Positions 1 to 15,000 of a stretch of 64,000 bases of DNA are shown here, one piece after another. Origin of the DNA: Eledone cirrhosa (taxonomy: Eukaryota); the NCBI GenBank assembly GCA_964016885.1, contig OZ024744.1:43772001-43836000 (forward strand). The letters run 5' to 3'. Position 1 is the stretch's first letter, and each line of letters opens with the position of its first letter. A program made the position numbers and the translations under genes. The notes under the pieces were generated by a model, which ran no database searches, was not told the origin of the DNA, and was given only the letters and a program-made list of their open reading frames with translations.

Positions 1-3000
1 AGGTAACATAAGCTTGTGTCTAATATGCAGGTAATATCAGGAGGTGTCTAAAATGGAGGTAATATAGGGAGGTAACATAGGGTGGTGTCTAGTATAGAGG
101 TATTAAAGGGTGGTGTCTATTATAGAGGAAACACAGGGTGTTGTTTAATATAGGGGTAATATAGGGTGGTGTCTAATATAGAAGTAACATAGGGTGATGT
201 CATTATAGAGGTAACATAGGGTGGTGTCTAATATAGAGGATTTATAGGGTGGTGTCAATTATAGGGGAAGATATGGTGGTGTCTATTATAGAGGTAACAT
301 AGGGTGGTTTCTATTATAGAGGTAATATAGGGTGGTGTCTAATATAGAGGTAACATAAGCTTGTGTCTAATATGCAGGTAATATCAGGAGGTGTCTAATA
401 TGGAGGTAATATAGGGTAGTGTCTAATAGAGAGGTAACATAGGGTGGTGTCTAATATAGATGTAACATAGGGTGGTGTCTAATATAGAGGTAGCATAGGC
501 TGGTGTCCATTATAGAGGTAGCATAGGGTGGTGTCTAATATAGGGGTAACATAGGGTGGTGTCTATTAGAGAGGTAACATAGGGTGGTGTCTATTATAGA
601 GGTAACATAGGGTGGTGTCATTATAGAGGTAACATAGGCTGGTGTCTAATATAGTGGTAATATATGGTGGCGTCTAATAAAGAGGTAACATAGGGTGGTG
701 TCTAAAATAGAGGTAACACAGGGTGGTGTCCATTATAGAGGTAACATACGGTGGTGTCTAATATAGAGTTAATATAGGGTGGCGTCTAAAACAGAGGTAA
801 GATAGGGTGGTGTCTAATATAGAGATGACATAGGGTAGTGTCTAATGTAGCGGTAATATAAAGGGGAGTCATTATAGAGGTAACATAGGGTGGTGTCGAA
901 TATAGAGGTGTTATAGGGTGGTGTCAATTATTGAGGAACATAGGGTGGTGTCTATTATAGAGGTAACATAGGGTGGTGTCTATTATAGAGGTAATATAGG
1001 GTGGTGTCTAATATAGACATAAGATAGGGTGATGTCTAATATGCAGGTAATATCTGGTGGTGTCTAATATAGAGGTATTATATGGTCGTGTCAATTATGG
1101 AGGTAACATAGGGTGGTGTCTAATATAGAGGTAATATAGGCTGGTGTCCATTATAGAGGTAGCATAGGGTGGTGACTAATATAGAGGTAACAAAAGGTGT
1201 TGTCTATTACAGAGGGAACATAGGGTGGTGTCTATTATAGAGGTAACATAGGGTGTTGTCTATTATAGAGGTAATATAGGGTGGTGTTTAATATAGAGGT
1301 AACATATTGTGGTGTCTAATATACAGGTAATATAGGGTGGTGTCTATTATAGAGGTAACATAGGGTGATGTCTATTATAGAGGTAATATAGGGTGGTGTC
1401 TATTATAGTGGTAACATACGGTGGTGTCTAATATAGAGGTAACATATTGTGGTGTCTAATATAGAGGTAACATAGGGTGGTGTCTAATGTAGAGGTATTA
1501 TATGGTCGTGTCAATTATAGAGGTAACATAGGGTGGTGTCTAATATAGAGGGAACATAAGGTGTTGTCTAATATAGAGGTAACATTGGGTGGTGTCATTA
1601 TAGAGGTAACATAGGGTGGTGTCTAATATAGAGGTAATATATGGTGGCGTCTAATAAAGAGGTAACATAGGGTGGTGTCTAATATAGAGGTAACATAGGG
1701 TGGTGTCCATTATAGAGGTAACATAGGGTGGTGTCTAATATCGAGGTAATATAGGGTGGCGTCCAAGACAGAGGTAAGATAGGGTGGTATCTAATATAGA
1801 GATGACATAGGGTGATGTCTAATATAGAGGTAACATAGGGTTGTGTCTATTATAGAGGTAATATAGGGTGGCATCTAATACAGAGGAAACATAGGGTGGT
1901 GTCTAGTATAGAGGTATTATAGGGTGGTGTCTATTATAGAGGAAACACAGTGTGTTGTTTAATATAGAGGTAATATAGGGTGGTGCCTAATATAGAGGTA
2001 ATATAGGGTGGTGTCTAATATAGAGGTGTTATAGGGTGGTGTCAATTATAGAGGAACAAAGGGTGGTGTCTATTATAGAGGTAATATAGGGCGGTGTCTA
2101 ATATAGACATAACATAGGGTGGTGTCTAATATGCAGGTAATATCTGGTGGTGTCTAATATAGAGGTAATATAGGGTAGTGGCTAATATAGCAGTAACAGA
2201 GGGTGGTGTCTAATATAGGGGTAATATAGGGTGGCATCCTAATACAGCGGTAAGATAGGGTGTGTCTAATATAGAGATGACATAGGGTGATGTCTAATAT
2301 AGAGGTAACATAGGGTTGTGACTATTATAGAGGTAATATAGGGTGGCATCTAATACATAGGAAACATAGGGTCGTGTCTAGTATAGAGGTATTAAAGGGG
2401 GGTGTCTATTATAGAGGAAACACAGGGTGTTGTTTAATTGTGAGGTAATATAGGGTGGTGTCTAATATAGAGGTAATATAGGGTGGTGTCTAATATAGAG
2501 GTATTATATGGTCGTGTCAATTATAGAAGTAACATAGGGTGGTGTCTAATATAGAGGTAACATAAGGTGTTGTCTAATATAGAGGTAACATCGGGTGGTG
2601 TGATTATAGAGGTAACATAGGGTGGGGTCTAATATAATGGTAATATATGGTGGCGTCTGATAAAGAGGTAACATTGGGTGGTGTCTAATATAGAGGTAAC
2701 ATGTCTATTATAGAGGTAATATAGGGTGGCATCTAATACAGAGGAAACATTGGGTGGCGTCTAGTATAGAGGTATTATAGGGTAGTGCCTAATATAGAGG
2801 TAATATAAGGAGGAGTCATTATAGAGGTAACATAGGGTGGTGTCTAGTATAGAGTTAATATAGGGTGGTGTCTATTATAGAAGTAACATATTGTGGTGTC
2901 TAATATAGAGGTAATATAGGGTGGTGTCTAATATAGAGGTATTATATGGACGAGTCAATTATGGAGGTAACATAGGGTGGTGTCTAATATAGAGGTAACA

Positions 3001-6000
3001 TAAGGTGTTGTCTAATATAGAGGTAATAGAGCGTTGTGTTTAATATAGAGAAAAAATAGGGTGGTGTCATTATAGAGGTAACATAGGGTGGTGTCTAATA
3101 TAGAGGTAATATATGGTGGCGTCAAATATAGAGGTAACATAGGGTGGTGTCTAATATAGAGGTAACATAGGCTGGTGTCCATTATAGAGGTAACATAGGG
3201 TGGTGTCTAATATAGAGGTAATATAGGGTGGCGTCTAATACAGAGGTAAGATAGGGTGGTGTCTAATATAGAGGTGACATAGGGTGATGTCTAATATAGA
3301 GGTAACATAGGGTTGTGTCTATTATAGAGGTAATATAGGGTGGCATCTAATACAGAGGAAACATAGGGTGGTGTCTAGTATAGAGGTATTATAGGGTGGT
3401 GTCTATTATAGAGGAAACATGGGATGTTGTTTAATATAGAGGTAATCGAGGGTGGTGTCTAATATAGTGGTAATATGTGGTGGTGTCTAATATAGAGGTG
3501 TTATAGGATGGTGTCAATTATAGAGGAATATAGGGTGGTGTCTATTATAGACGTAACATAGGGTGGTGTCTAATATAGAGGTAACATAGGGTGGTGTCTA
3601 ATATAGAGGAACATAGGGTGGTTTCTATTATAGAGGTAACATAGGGTGGTGTCTATTATAGAGGTAATATAGGGTGGTGTCTAATATAGACATAACATAG
3701 GTTGGTGTCTAATATAGAGGGAATATAGGGTAGTGTCTAATAGAGAGGAAACATAGGGTGGTGTCTAATATACAGGTAACATATGGTGGTGTCTAATATA
3801 GAGGTAACATAGGCTGGTGTCCATTATAGAGGTAGCATAGTGTGGTGTCTAATACAGAAGTAACAAAGGTGGTGTCTATTACAGAGGTAACATAGGGTGG
3901 GTTCTATTATAGAGGTAACATAGGGTGGTGTCTATTATAGAGGTAACATAGGGTGGTGTCTATTATAGAGGAAACACAGGGTGTTGTTTAATTGTGAGGT
4001 AATATAGGGTGGTGTCTAATATAGAGGTAATATAGGGTGGTGTCTAATATAGAGGTATTATATAGTCGTGTCAATTATAGAAGTAACATAGGGTGGTGTC
4101 TAATATAGAGGTAACATAAGGTGTTGTCTAATATAGAGGTAACATCGGGTGGTGTGATTATAGAGGTAACATAGGGTGGGGTCTAATATAATGGTAATAT
4201 ATGGTGGCGTCTGATAAAGAGGTAACATAGGGTGGTGTCTAATATAGAGGTAACATAGGTTGTTGTCTATTATAGAGGTAATATAGGGTGGCATCTAATA
4301 CAGAGGAAACATTGGGTGGCGTCTAGTATAGAGGTATTATAGGGTAGTGCCTAATATAGAGGTAATATAAGGGGGAGTCATTATAGAGGTAACATAGGGT
4401 GGTGTCTAGTATAGAGTTAATATAGGGTGGTGTCTATTATAGAAGTAACATATTGTGGTGTCTAATATAGAGGTAATATAGGGTGGTGTCTAATATAGAG
4501 GTATTATATGGACGAGTCAATTATGGAGGTAACATAGGGTGGTGTCTAATATAGAGGTAACATAAGGTGTTGTCTAATATAGAGGTAATAGAGCGTTGTG
4601 TTTAATATAGAGAAAAAATAGGGTGGTGTCATTATAGAGGTAACATAGGGTGGTGTCTAATATAGAGGTAATATATGGTGGCGTCAAATATAGAGGTAAC
4701 ATAGGGTGGTGTCTAATATAGAGGTAACATAGGCTGGTGTCCATTATAGAGGTAACATAGGGTGTTGTCTAATATAGAGGTAATATAGGGTGGCGTCTAA
4801 TACAGAGGTAAGATAGGGTGGTGTCTAATATAGAGGTGACATAGGGTGATGTCTAATATAGAGGTAACATAGGGTTGTGTCTATTATAGAGGTAATATAG
4901 GGTGGCATCTAATACAGAGGAAACATAGGGTGGTGTCTAGTATAGAGGTATTATAGGGTGGTGTCTATTATAGAGGAAACATGGGAGGTTGTTTAATATA
5001 GAGGTAATCGAGGGTGGTGTCTAATATAGTGGTAATATGTGGTGGTGTCTAATATAGAGGTGTTATAGGATGGTGTCAATTATAGAGGAACATAGGGTGG
5101 TGTCTATTATAGACGTAACATAGGGTGGTGTCTAATATAGAGGTAACATAGGGTGGTGTCTAATATAGAGGAACATAGGGTGGTTTCTATTATAGAGGTA
5201 ACATAGGGTGGTGTCTATTATAGAGGTAATATAGGGTGGTGTCTAATATAGACATAACATAGGTTGGTGTCTAATATAGAGGGAATATAGGGTAGTGTCT
5301 AATAGAGAGGAAACATAGGGTGGTGTCTAATATACAGGTAACATAAGGTGGTGTCTAATATAGAGGTAACATAGGCTGGTGTCCATTATAGAGGTAGCAT
5401 AGTGTGGTGTCTAATACAGAAGTAACAAAGGTGGTGTCTATTACAGAGGTAACATAGGGTGGGTTCTATTATAGAGGTAACATAGGGTGGTGTCTATTAT
5501 AGAGGTAACATAGGGTGGTGTCTATTATAGAGGTAACATAGGGGGGTGTCTAATATAGAGGTAACATATTGTGGTGTCTAATATAGAGGTATTATATGGT
5601 CGTGTCAATGATAGAGGTAACATAAGGTGGTGTCTAATATAGAGGTAACATAAGGTGTTGTCTAATATAGAGGTAATATCGGGTGGTGTCATTATAGAGG
5701 TAATATGGGGTTTTGTCTAATATAGAGAAATCATAGGGTTAGTGTCATTATAGAGGTAACATAGGGTGGTGTCTAATATAGAGGTAATATATGGTGGCAT
5801 CTAATGAAGGGGTAACATAGGGTGGTGTCTAATAGAGAGATGACATAGGGTGATGTCTAATATGGAGGTAACATAGGGTTGTGTCTATTATAGAGGTAAT
5901 ATAGGGTGGCATCTAATACAGAGGAAACATAGGGTGGCGTCTAGTATAGAGGTATTATAGGGTCGTGTCTATTATAGAGGAAACACAGGGTGTTGTTTAA

Positions 6001-9000
6001 TATAGAGGTAATATAGGGTGGTGGCTAATATAGAGGTAACATAGGGTGATGTCATTATAGAGGTGACATAGGGTAGTGTCTAATATAGAGGTAACATAAG
6101 GTGTTGTCTAATATAGAGGTAATATCGGGTGGTGTCATTATAGAGGTAATATGGGGTTGTGTCTGATATAGAGAAATCATAGGGTTAGTGTCATTATAGA
6201 GGTAACATAGGGTGGTGTCTATTATAGAGGTAATATAGGGTGGTGTCTATTATAGAAGTAACATATTGTGGTGTCTAATATAGAGGTAATATAGGGTGGT
6301 GTCTAATCTAGAGGTATTATATGGTCGTGTCAATTATGGAGGTAACATAGGGTGTTGTCTAATATAGAGGTAACATAAGGTGTTGTCTAATATAGAGGTA
6401 ACATCGGGTGGTGTCATTATAGAGGTAATATGGGGTTGTGTCTAATATAGAGAAATCATAGGGTTAGTGTCATTATAGAGGTAACATAGGGTGGTGTCTA
6501 ATATAGAGGTAACATAGGGTGGTGTCTAATAAAGAGCTAACATAGGGTGGTGTCTAATATAGAGTTAACATAGAGTGGTGTCCATTATAGACGTAACATA
6601 GGGTGGTATCTAATATAGAGGTAATATAGGGTGGCGTCTAATTCAGAGCTAAAATAGGGTGGTGTCTAATATAGAGATAACATAGGGTGATGTCTAATAT
6701 AGAGGTTACATAGGGTTGTCTCTATTATAGAGGTAATATAGGGTGGCATCTAATACAGAGGAAACATAGGGTGGTGTCTAGTATAGAGGTATTATAGGGT
6801 GGTGTCTATTATAGAGGAAACACAGGGTGTCGTTTAATATAGAGGTAATATAGGGTGGTGTCTAATATAGAGGTAATATATGGTGGTGTCTAACATAGAG
6901 GTAATATAGGGTGCTGTCTAATATAGACATAACGTAGGGTAGTGTCTAATATAGAGGTAATATAAGGGGGAGTCATTATAGAGGTAACATAGGGTGGTGT
7001 GTAATAAAAAGGTAACATAGGGTTGTATCTATTATAGTGTTAACATAGGGTGGTGTCTAATATAGACATAACATAGGTTGGTGTCTAATATAGAGGGAAT
7101 ATAGGGTAGTGTCTAATAGAGAGGAAACATAGGGTGGTGTCTAATATACAGGTAACATATGGTGGTGTCTAATATAGAGGTAACATAGGCTGGTGTCCAT
7201 TATAGAGGTAGCATAGTGTGGTGTCTAATACAGAAGTAACAAAGGTGGTGTCTATTACAGAGGTAACATAGGGTGGGTTCTATTATAGAGGTAACATAGG
7301 GTGGTGTCTATTATAGAGGTAACATAGGGTGGTGTCTATTATAGAGGAAACACAGGGTGTTGTTTAATTGTGAGGTAATATAGGGTGGTGTCTAATATAG
7401 AGGTAATATAGGGTGGTGTCTAATATAGAGGTATTATATAGTCGTGTCAATTATAGAAGTAACAAAGGGTGGTGTCTAATATAGAGGTAACATAAGGTGT
7501 TGTCTAATATAGAGGTAACATCGGGTGGTGTGATTATAGAGGTAACATAGGGTGGGGTCTAATATAATGGTAATATATGGTGGCGTCTGATAAAGAGGTA
7601 ACATAGGGTGGTGTCTAATATAGAGGTAACATAGGTTGGTGTCTATTATAGAGGTAATATAGGGTGGCATCTAATACAGAGGAAACATTGGGTGGCGTCT
7701 AGTATAGAGGTATTATAGGGTAGTGCCTAATATAGAGGTAATATAAGGGGGAGTCATTATAGAGGTAACATAGGGTGGTGTCTAGTATAGAGTTAATATA
7801 GGGTGGTGTCTATTATAGAAGTAACATATTGTGGTGTCTAATATAGAGGTAATATAGGGTGGTGTCTAATATAGAGGTATTATATGGACGAGTCAATTAT
7901 GGAGGTAACATAGGGTGGTGTCTAATATAGAGGTAACATAAGGTGTTGTCTAATATAGAGGTAATAGAGCGTTGTGTTTAATATAGAGAAAAAATAGGGT
8001 GGTGTCATTATAGAGGTAACATAGGGTGGTGTCTAATATAGAGGTAATATATGGTGGCGTCAAATATAGAGGTAACATAGGGTGGTGTCTAATATAGAGG
8101 TAACATAGGCTGGTGTCCATTATAGAGGTAGCATAGGGTGGTGACTAATATAGAGGTAACAAAAGGTGTTGTCTATTACAGAGGGAACATAGGGTGGTGT
8201 CTATTATAGAGGTAACATAGGGTGTTGTCTATTATAGAGGTAATATAGGGTGGTGTTTAATATAGAGGTAACATATTGTGGTGTCTAATATACAGGTAAT
8301 ATAGGGTGGTGTCTATTATAGAGGTAACATAGGGTGATGTCTATTATAGAGGTAATATAGGGTGGTGTCTATTATAGTGGTAACATACGGTGGTGTCTAA
8401 TATAGAGGTAACATATTGTGGTGTCTAATATAGAGGTAACATAGGGTGGTGTCTAATGTAGAGGTATTATATGGTCGTGTCAATTATAGAGGTAACATAG
8501 GGTGGTGTCTAATATAGAGGGAACATAAGGTGTTGTCTAATATAGAGGTAACATTGGGTGGTGTCATTATAGAGGTAACATAGGGTGGTGTCTAATATAG
8601 AGGTAATATATGGTGGCGTCTAATAAAGAGGTAACATAGGGTGGTGTCTAATATAGAGGTAACATAGGGTGGTGTCCATTATAGAGGTAACATAGGGTGG
8701 TGTCTAATATCGAGGTAATATAGGGTGGCGTCCAAGACAGAGGTAAGATAGGGTGGTATCTAATATAGAGATGACATAGGGTGATGTCTAATATAGAGGT
8801 AACATAGGGTTGTGTCTATTATAGAGGTAATATAGGGTGGCATCTAATACAGAGGAAACATAGGGTGGTGTCTAGTATAGAGGTATTATAGGGTGGTGTC
8901 TATTATAGAGGAAACACAGTGTGTTGTTTAATATAGAGGTAATATAGGGTGGTGCCTAATATAGAGGTAATATAGGGTGGTGTCTAATATAGAGGTGTTA

Positions 9001-12000
9001 TAGGGTGGTGTCAATTATAGAGGAACAAAGGGTGGTGTCTATTATAGAGGTAATATAGGGCGGTGTCTAATATAGACATAACATAGGGTGGTGTCTAATA
9101 TGCAGGTAATATCTGGTGGTGTCTAATATAGAGGTAATATAGGGTAGTGGCTAATATAGCAGTAACAGAGGGTGGTGTCTAATATAGGGGTAATATAGGG
9201 TGGCATCCTAATACAGCGGTAAGATAGGGTGTGTCTAATATAGAGATGACATAGGGTGATGTCTAATATAGAGGTAACATAGGGTTGTGACTATTATAGA
9301 GGTAATATAGGGTGGCATCTAATACATAGGAAACATAGGGTCGTGTCTAGTATAGAGGTATTAAAGGGGGGTGTCTATTATAGAGGAAACACAGGGTGTT
9401 GTTTAATTGTGAGGTAATATAGGGTGGTGTCTAATATAGAGGTAATATAGGGTGGTGTCTAATATAGAGGTATTATATGGTCGTGTCAATTATAGAAGTA
9501 ACATAGGGTGGTGTCTAATATAGAGGTAACATAAGGTGTTGTCTAATATAGAGGTAACATCGGGTGGTGTGATTATAGAGGTAACATAGGGTGGGGTCTA
9601 ATATAATGGTAATATATGGTGGCGTCTGATAAAGAGGTAACATTGGGTGGTGTCTAATATAGAGGTAACATGTCTATTATAGAGGTAATATAGGGTGGCA
9701 TCTAATACAGAGGAAACATTGGGTGGCGTCTAGTATAGAGGTATTATAGGGTAGTGCCTAATATAGAGGTAATATAAGGAGGAGTCATTATAGAGGTAAC
9801 ATAGGGTGGTGTCTAGTATAGAGTTAATATAGGGTGGTGTCTATTATAGAAGTAACATATTGTGGTGTCTAATATAGAGGTAATATAGGGTGGTGTCTAA
9901 TATAGAGGTATTATATGGACGAGTCAATTATGGAGGTAACATAGGGTGGTGTCTAATATAGAGGTAACATAAGGTGTTGTCTAATATAGAGGTAATAGAG
10001 CGTTGTGTTTAATATAGAGAAAAAATAGGGTGGTGTCATTATAGAGGTAACATAGGGTGGTGTCTAATATAGAGGTAATATATGGTGGCGTCAAATATAG
10101 AGGTAACATAGGGTGGTGTCTAATATAGAGGTAACATAGGCTGGTGTCCATTATAGAGGTAACATAGGGTGGTGTCTAATATAGAGGTAATATAGGGTGG
10201 CGTCTAATACAGAGGTAAGATAGGGTGGTGTCTAATATAGAGGTGACATAGGGTGATGTCTAATATAGAGGTAACATAGGGTTGTGTCTATTATAGAGGT
10301 AATATAGGGTGGCATCTAATACAGAGGAAACATAGGGTGGTGTCTAGTATAGAGGTATTATAGGGTGGTGTCTATTATAGAGGAAACATGGGATGTTGTT
10401 TAATATAGAGGTAATCGAGGGTGGTGTCTAATATAGTGGTAATATGTGGTGGTGTCTAATATAGAGGTGTTATAGGATGGTGTCAATTATAGAGGAATAT
10501 AGGGTGGTGTCTATTATAGACGTAACATAGGGTGGTGTCTAATATAGAGGTAACATAGGGTGGTGTCTAATATAGAGGAACATAGGGTGGTTTCTATTAT
10601 AGAGGTAACATAGGGTGGTGTCTATTATAGAGGTAATATAGGGTGGTGTCTAATATAGACATAACATAGGTTGGTGTCTAATATAGAGGGAATATAGGGT
10701 AGTGTCTAATAGAGAGGAAACATAGGGTGGTGTCTAATATACAGGTAACATATGGTGGTGTCTAATATAGAGGTAACATAGGCTGGTGTCCATTATAGAG
10801 GTAGCATAGTGTGGTGTCTAATACAGAAGTAACAAAGGTGGTGTCTATTACAGAGGTAACATAGGGTGGGTTCTATTATAGAGGTAACATAGGGTGGTGT
10901 CTATTATAGAGGTAACATAGGGTGGTGTCTATTATAGAGGAAACACAGGGTGTTGTTTAATTGTGAGGTAATATAGGGTGGTGTCTAATATAGAGGTAAT
11001 ATAGGGTGGTGTCTAATATAGAGGTATTATATAGTCGTGTCAATTATAGAAGTAACATAGGGTGGTGTCTAATATAGAGGTAACATAAGGTGTTGTCTAA
11101 TATAGAGGTAACATCGGGTGGTGTGATTATAGAGGTAACATAGGGTGGGGTCTAATATAATGGTAATATATGGTGGCGTCTGATAAAGAGGTAACATAGG
11201 GTGGTGTCTAATATAGAGGTAACATAGGTTGTTGTCTATTATAGAGGTAATATAGGGTGGCATCTAATACAGAGGAAACATTGGGTGGCGTCTAGTATAG
11301 AGGTATTATAGGGTAGTGCCTAATATAGAGGTAATATAAGGGGGAGTCATTATAGAGGTAACATAGGGTGGTGTCTAGTATAGAGTTAATATAGGGTGGT
11401 GTCTATTATAGAAGTAACATATTGTGGTGTCTAATATAGAGGTAATATAGGGTGGTGTCTAATATAGAGGTATTATATGGACGAGTCAATTATGGAGGTA
11501 ACATAGGGTGGTGTCTAATATAGAGGTAACATAAGGTGTTGTCTAATATAGAGGTAATAGAGCGTTGTGTTTAATATAGAGAAAAAATAGGGTGGTGTCA
11601 TTATAGAGGTAACATAGGGTGGTGTCTAATATAGAGGTAATATATGGTGGCGTCAAATATAGAGGTAACATAGGGTGGTGTCTAATATAGAGGTAACATA
11701 GGCTGGTGTCCATTATAGAGGTAACATAGGGTGTTGTCTAATATAGAGGTAATATAGGGTGGCGTCTAATACAGAGGTAAGATAGGGTGGTGTCTAATAT
11801 AGAGGTGACATAGGGTGATGTCTAATATAGAGGTAACATAGGGTTGTGTCTATTATAGAGGTAATATAGGGTGGCATCTAATACAGAGGAAACATAGGGT
11901 GGTGTCTAGTATAGAGGTATTATAGGGTGGTGTCTATTATAGAGGAAACATGGGAGGTTGTTTAATATAGAGGTAATCGAGGGTGGTGTCTAATATAGTG

Positions 12001-15000
12001 GTAATATGTGGTGGTGTCTAATATAGAGGTGTTATAGGATGGTGTCAATTATAGAGGAACATAGGGTGGTGTCTATTATAGACGTAACATAGGGTGGTGT
12101 CTAATATAGAGGTAACATAGGGTGGTGTCTAATATAGAGGAACATAGGGTGGTTTCTATTATAGAGGTAACATAGGGTGGTGTCTATTATAGAGGTAATA
12201 TAGGGTGGTGTCTAATATAGACATAACATAGGTTGGTGTCTAATATAGAGGGAATATAGGGTAGTGTCTAATAGAGAGGAAACATAGGGTGGTGTCTAAT
12301 ATACAGGTAACATAAGGTGGTGTCTAATATAGAGGTAACATAGGCTGGTGTCCATTATAGAGGTAGCATAGTGTGGTGTCTAATACAGAAGTAACAAAGG
12401 TGGTGTCTATTACAGAGGTAACATAGGGTGGGTTCTATTATAGAGGTAACATAGGGTGGTGTCTATTATAGAGGTAACATAGGGTGGTGTCTATTATAGA
12501 GGTAACATAGGGGGGTGTCTAATATAGAGGTAACATATTGTGGTGTCTAATATAGAGGTATTATATGGTCGTGTCAATGATAGAGGTAACATAAGGTGGT
12601 GTCTAATATAGAGGTAACATAAGGTGTTGTCTAATATAGAGGTAATATCGGGTGGTGTCATTATAGAGGTAATATGGGGTTTTGTCTAATATAGAGAAAT
12701 CATAGGGTTAGTGTCATTATAGAGGTAACATAGGGTGGTGTCTAATATAGAGGTAATATATGGTGGCATCTAATGAAGGGGTAACATAGGGTGGTGTCTA
12801 ATAGAGAGATGACATAGGGTGATGTCTAATATGGAGGTAACATAGGGTTGTGTCTATTATAGAGGTAATATAGGGTGGCATCTAATACAGAGGAAACATA
12901 GGGTGGCGTCTAGTATAGAGGTATTATAGGGTCGTGTCTATTATAGAGGAAACACAGGGTGTTGTTTAATATAGAGGTAATATAGGGTGGTGGCTAATAT
13001 AGAGGTAACATAGGGTGATGTCATTATAGAGGTGACATAGGGTAGTGTCTAATATAGAGGTAACATAAGGTGTTGTCTAATATAGAGGTAATATCGGGTG
13101 GTGTCATTATAGAGGTAATATGGGGTTGTGTCTGATATAGAGAAATCATAGGGTTAGTGTCATTATAGAGGTAACATAGGGTGGTGTCTATTATAGAGGT
13201 AATATAGGGTGGTGTCTATTATAGAAGTAACATATTGTGGTGTCTAATATAGAGGTAATATAGGGTGGTGTCTAATCTAGAGGTATTATATGGTCGTGTC
13301 AATTATGGAGGTAACATAGGGTGTTGTCTAATATAGAGGTAACATAAGGTGTTGTCTAATATAGAGGTAACATCGGGTGGTGTCATTATAGAGGTAATAT
13401 GGGGTTGTGTCTAATATAGAGAAATCATAGGGTTAGTGTCATTATAGAGGTAACATAGGGTGGTGTCTAATATAGAGGTAACATAGGGTGGTGTCTAATA
13501 AAGAGCTAACATAGGGTGGTGTCTAATATAGAGTTAACATAGAGTGGTGTCCATTATAGACGTAACATAGGGTGGTATCTAATATAGAGGTAATATAGGG
13601 TGGCGTCTAATTCAGAGCTAAAATAGGGTGGTGTCTAATATAGAGATAACATAGGGTGATGTCTAATATAGAGGTTACATAGGGTTGTCTCTATTATAGA
13701 GGTAATATAGGGTGGCATCTAATACAGAGGAAACATAGGGTGGTGTCTAGTATAGAGGTATTATAGGGTGGTGTCTATTATAGAGGAAACACAGGGTGTC
13801 GTTTAATATAGAGGTAATATAGGGTGGTGTCTAATATAGAGGTAATATATGGTGGTGTCTAACATAGAGGTAATATAGGGTGCTGTCTAATATAGACATA
13901 ACGTAGGGTAGTGTCTAATATAGAGGTAATATAAGGGGGAGTCATTATAGAGGTAACATAGGGTGGTGTGTAATAAAAAGGTAACATAGGGTTGTATCTA
14001 TTATAGTGTTAACATAGGGTGGTGTCTAATATAGACATAACATAGGTTGGTGTCTAATATAGAGGGAATATAGGGTAGTGTCTAATAGAGAGGAAACATA
14101 GGGTGGTGTCTAATATACAGGTAACATATGGTGGTGTCTAATATAGAGGTAACATAGGCTGGTGTCCATTATAGAGGTAGCATAGTGTGGTGTCTAATAC
14201 AGAAGTAACAAAGGTGGTGTCTATTACAGAGGTAACATAGGGTGGGTTCTATTATAGAGGTAACATAGGGTGGTGTCTATTATAGAGGTAACATAGGGTG
14301 GTGTCTATTATAGAGGAAACACAGGGTGTTGTTTAATTGTGAGGTAATATAGGGTGGTGTCTAATATAGAGGTAATATAGGGTGGTGTCTAATATAGAGG
14401 TATTATATAGTCGTGTCAATTATAGAAGTAACAAAGGGTGGTGTCTAATATAGAGGTAACATAAGGTGTTGTCTAATATAGAGGTAACATCGGGTGGTGT
14501 GATTATAGAGGTAACATAGGGTGGGGTCTAATATAATGGTAATATATGGTGGCGTCTGATAAAGAGGTAACATAGGGTGGTGTCTAATATAGAGGTAACA
14601 TAGGTTGGTGTCTATTATAGAGGTAATATAGGGTGGCATCTAATACAGAGGAAACATTGGGTGGCGTCTAGTATAGAGGTATTATAGGGTAGTGCCTAAT
14701 ATAGAGGTAATATAAGGGGGAGTCATTATAGAGGTAACATAGGGTGGTGTCTAGTATAGAGTTAATATAGGGTGGTGTCTATTATAGAAGTAACATATTG
14801 TGGTGTCTAATATAGAGGTAATATAGGGTGGTGTCTAATATAGAGGTATTATATGGACGAGTCAATTATGGAGGTAACATAGGGTGGTGTCTAATATAGA
14901 GGTAACATAAGGTGTTGTCTAATATAGAGGTAATAGAGCGTTGTGTTTAATATAGAGAAAAAATAGGGTGGTGTCATTATAGAGGTAACATAGGGTGGTG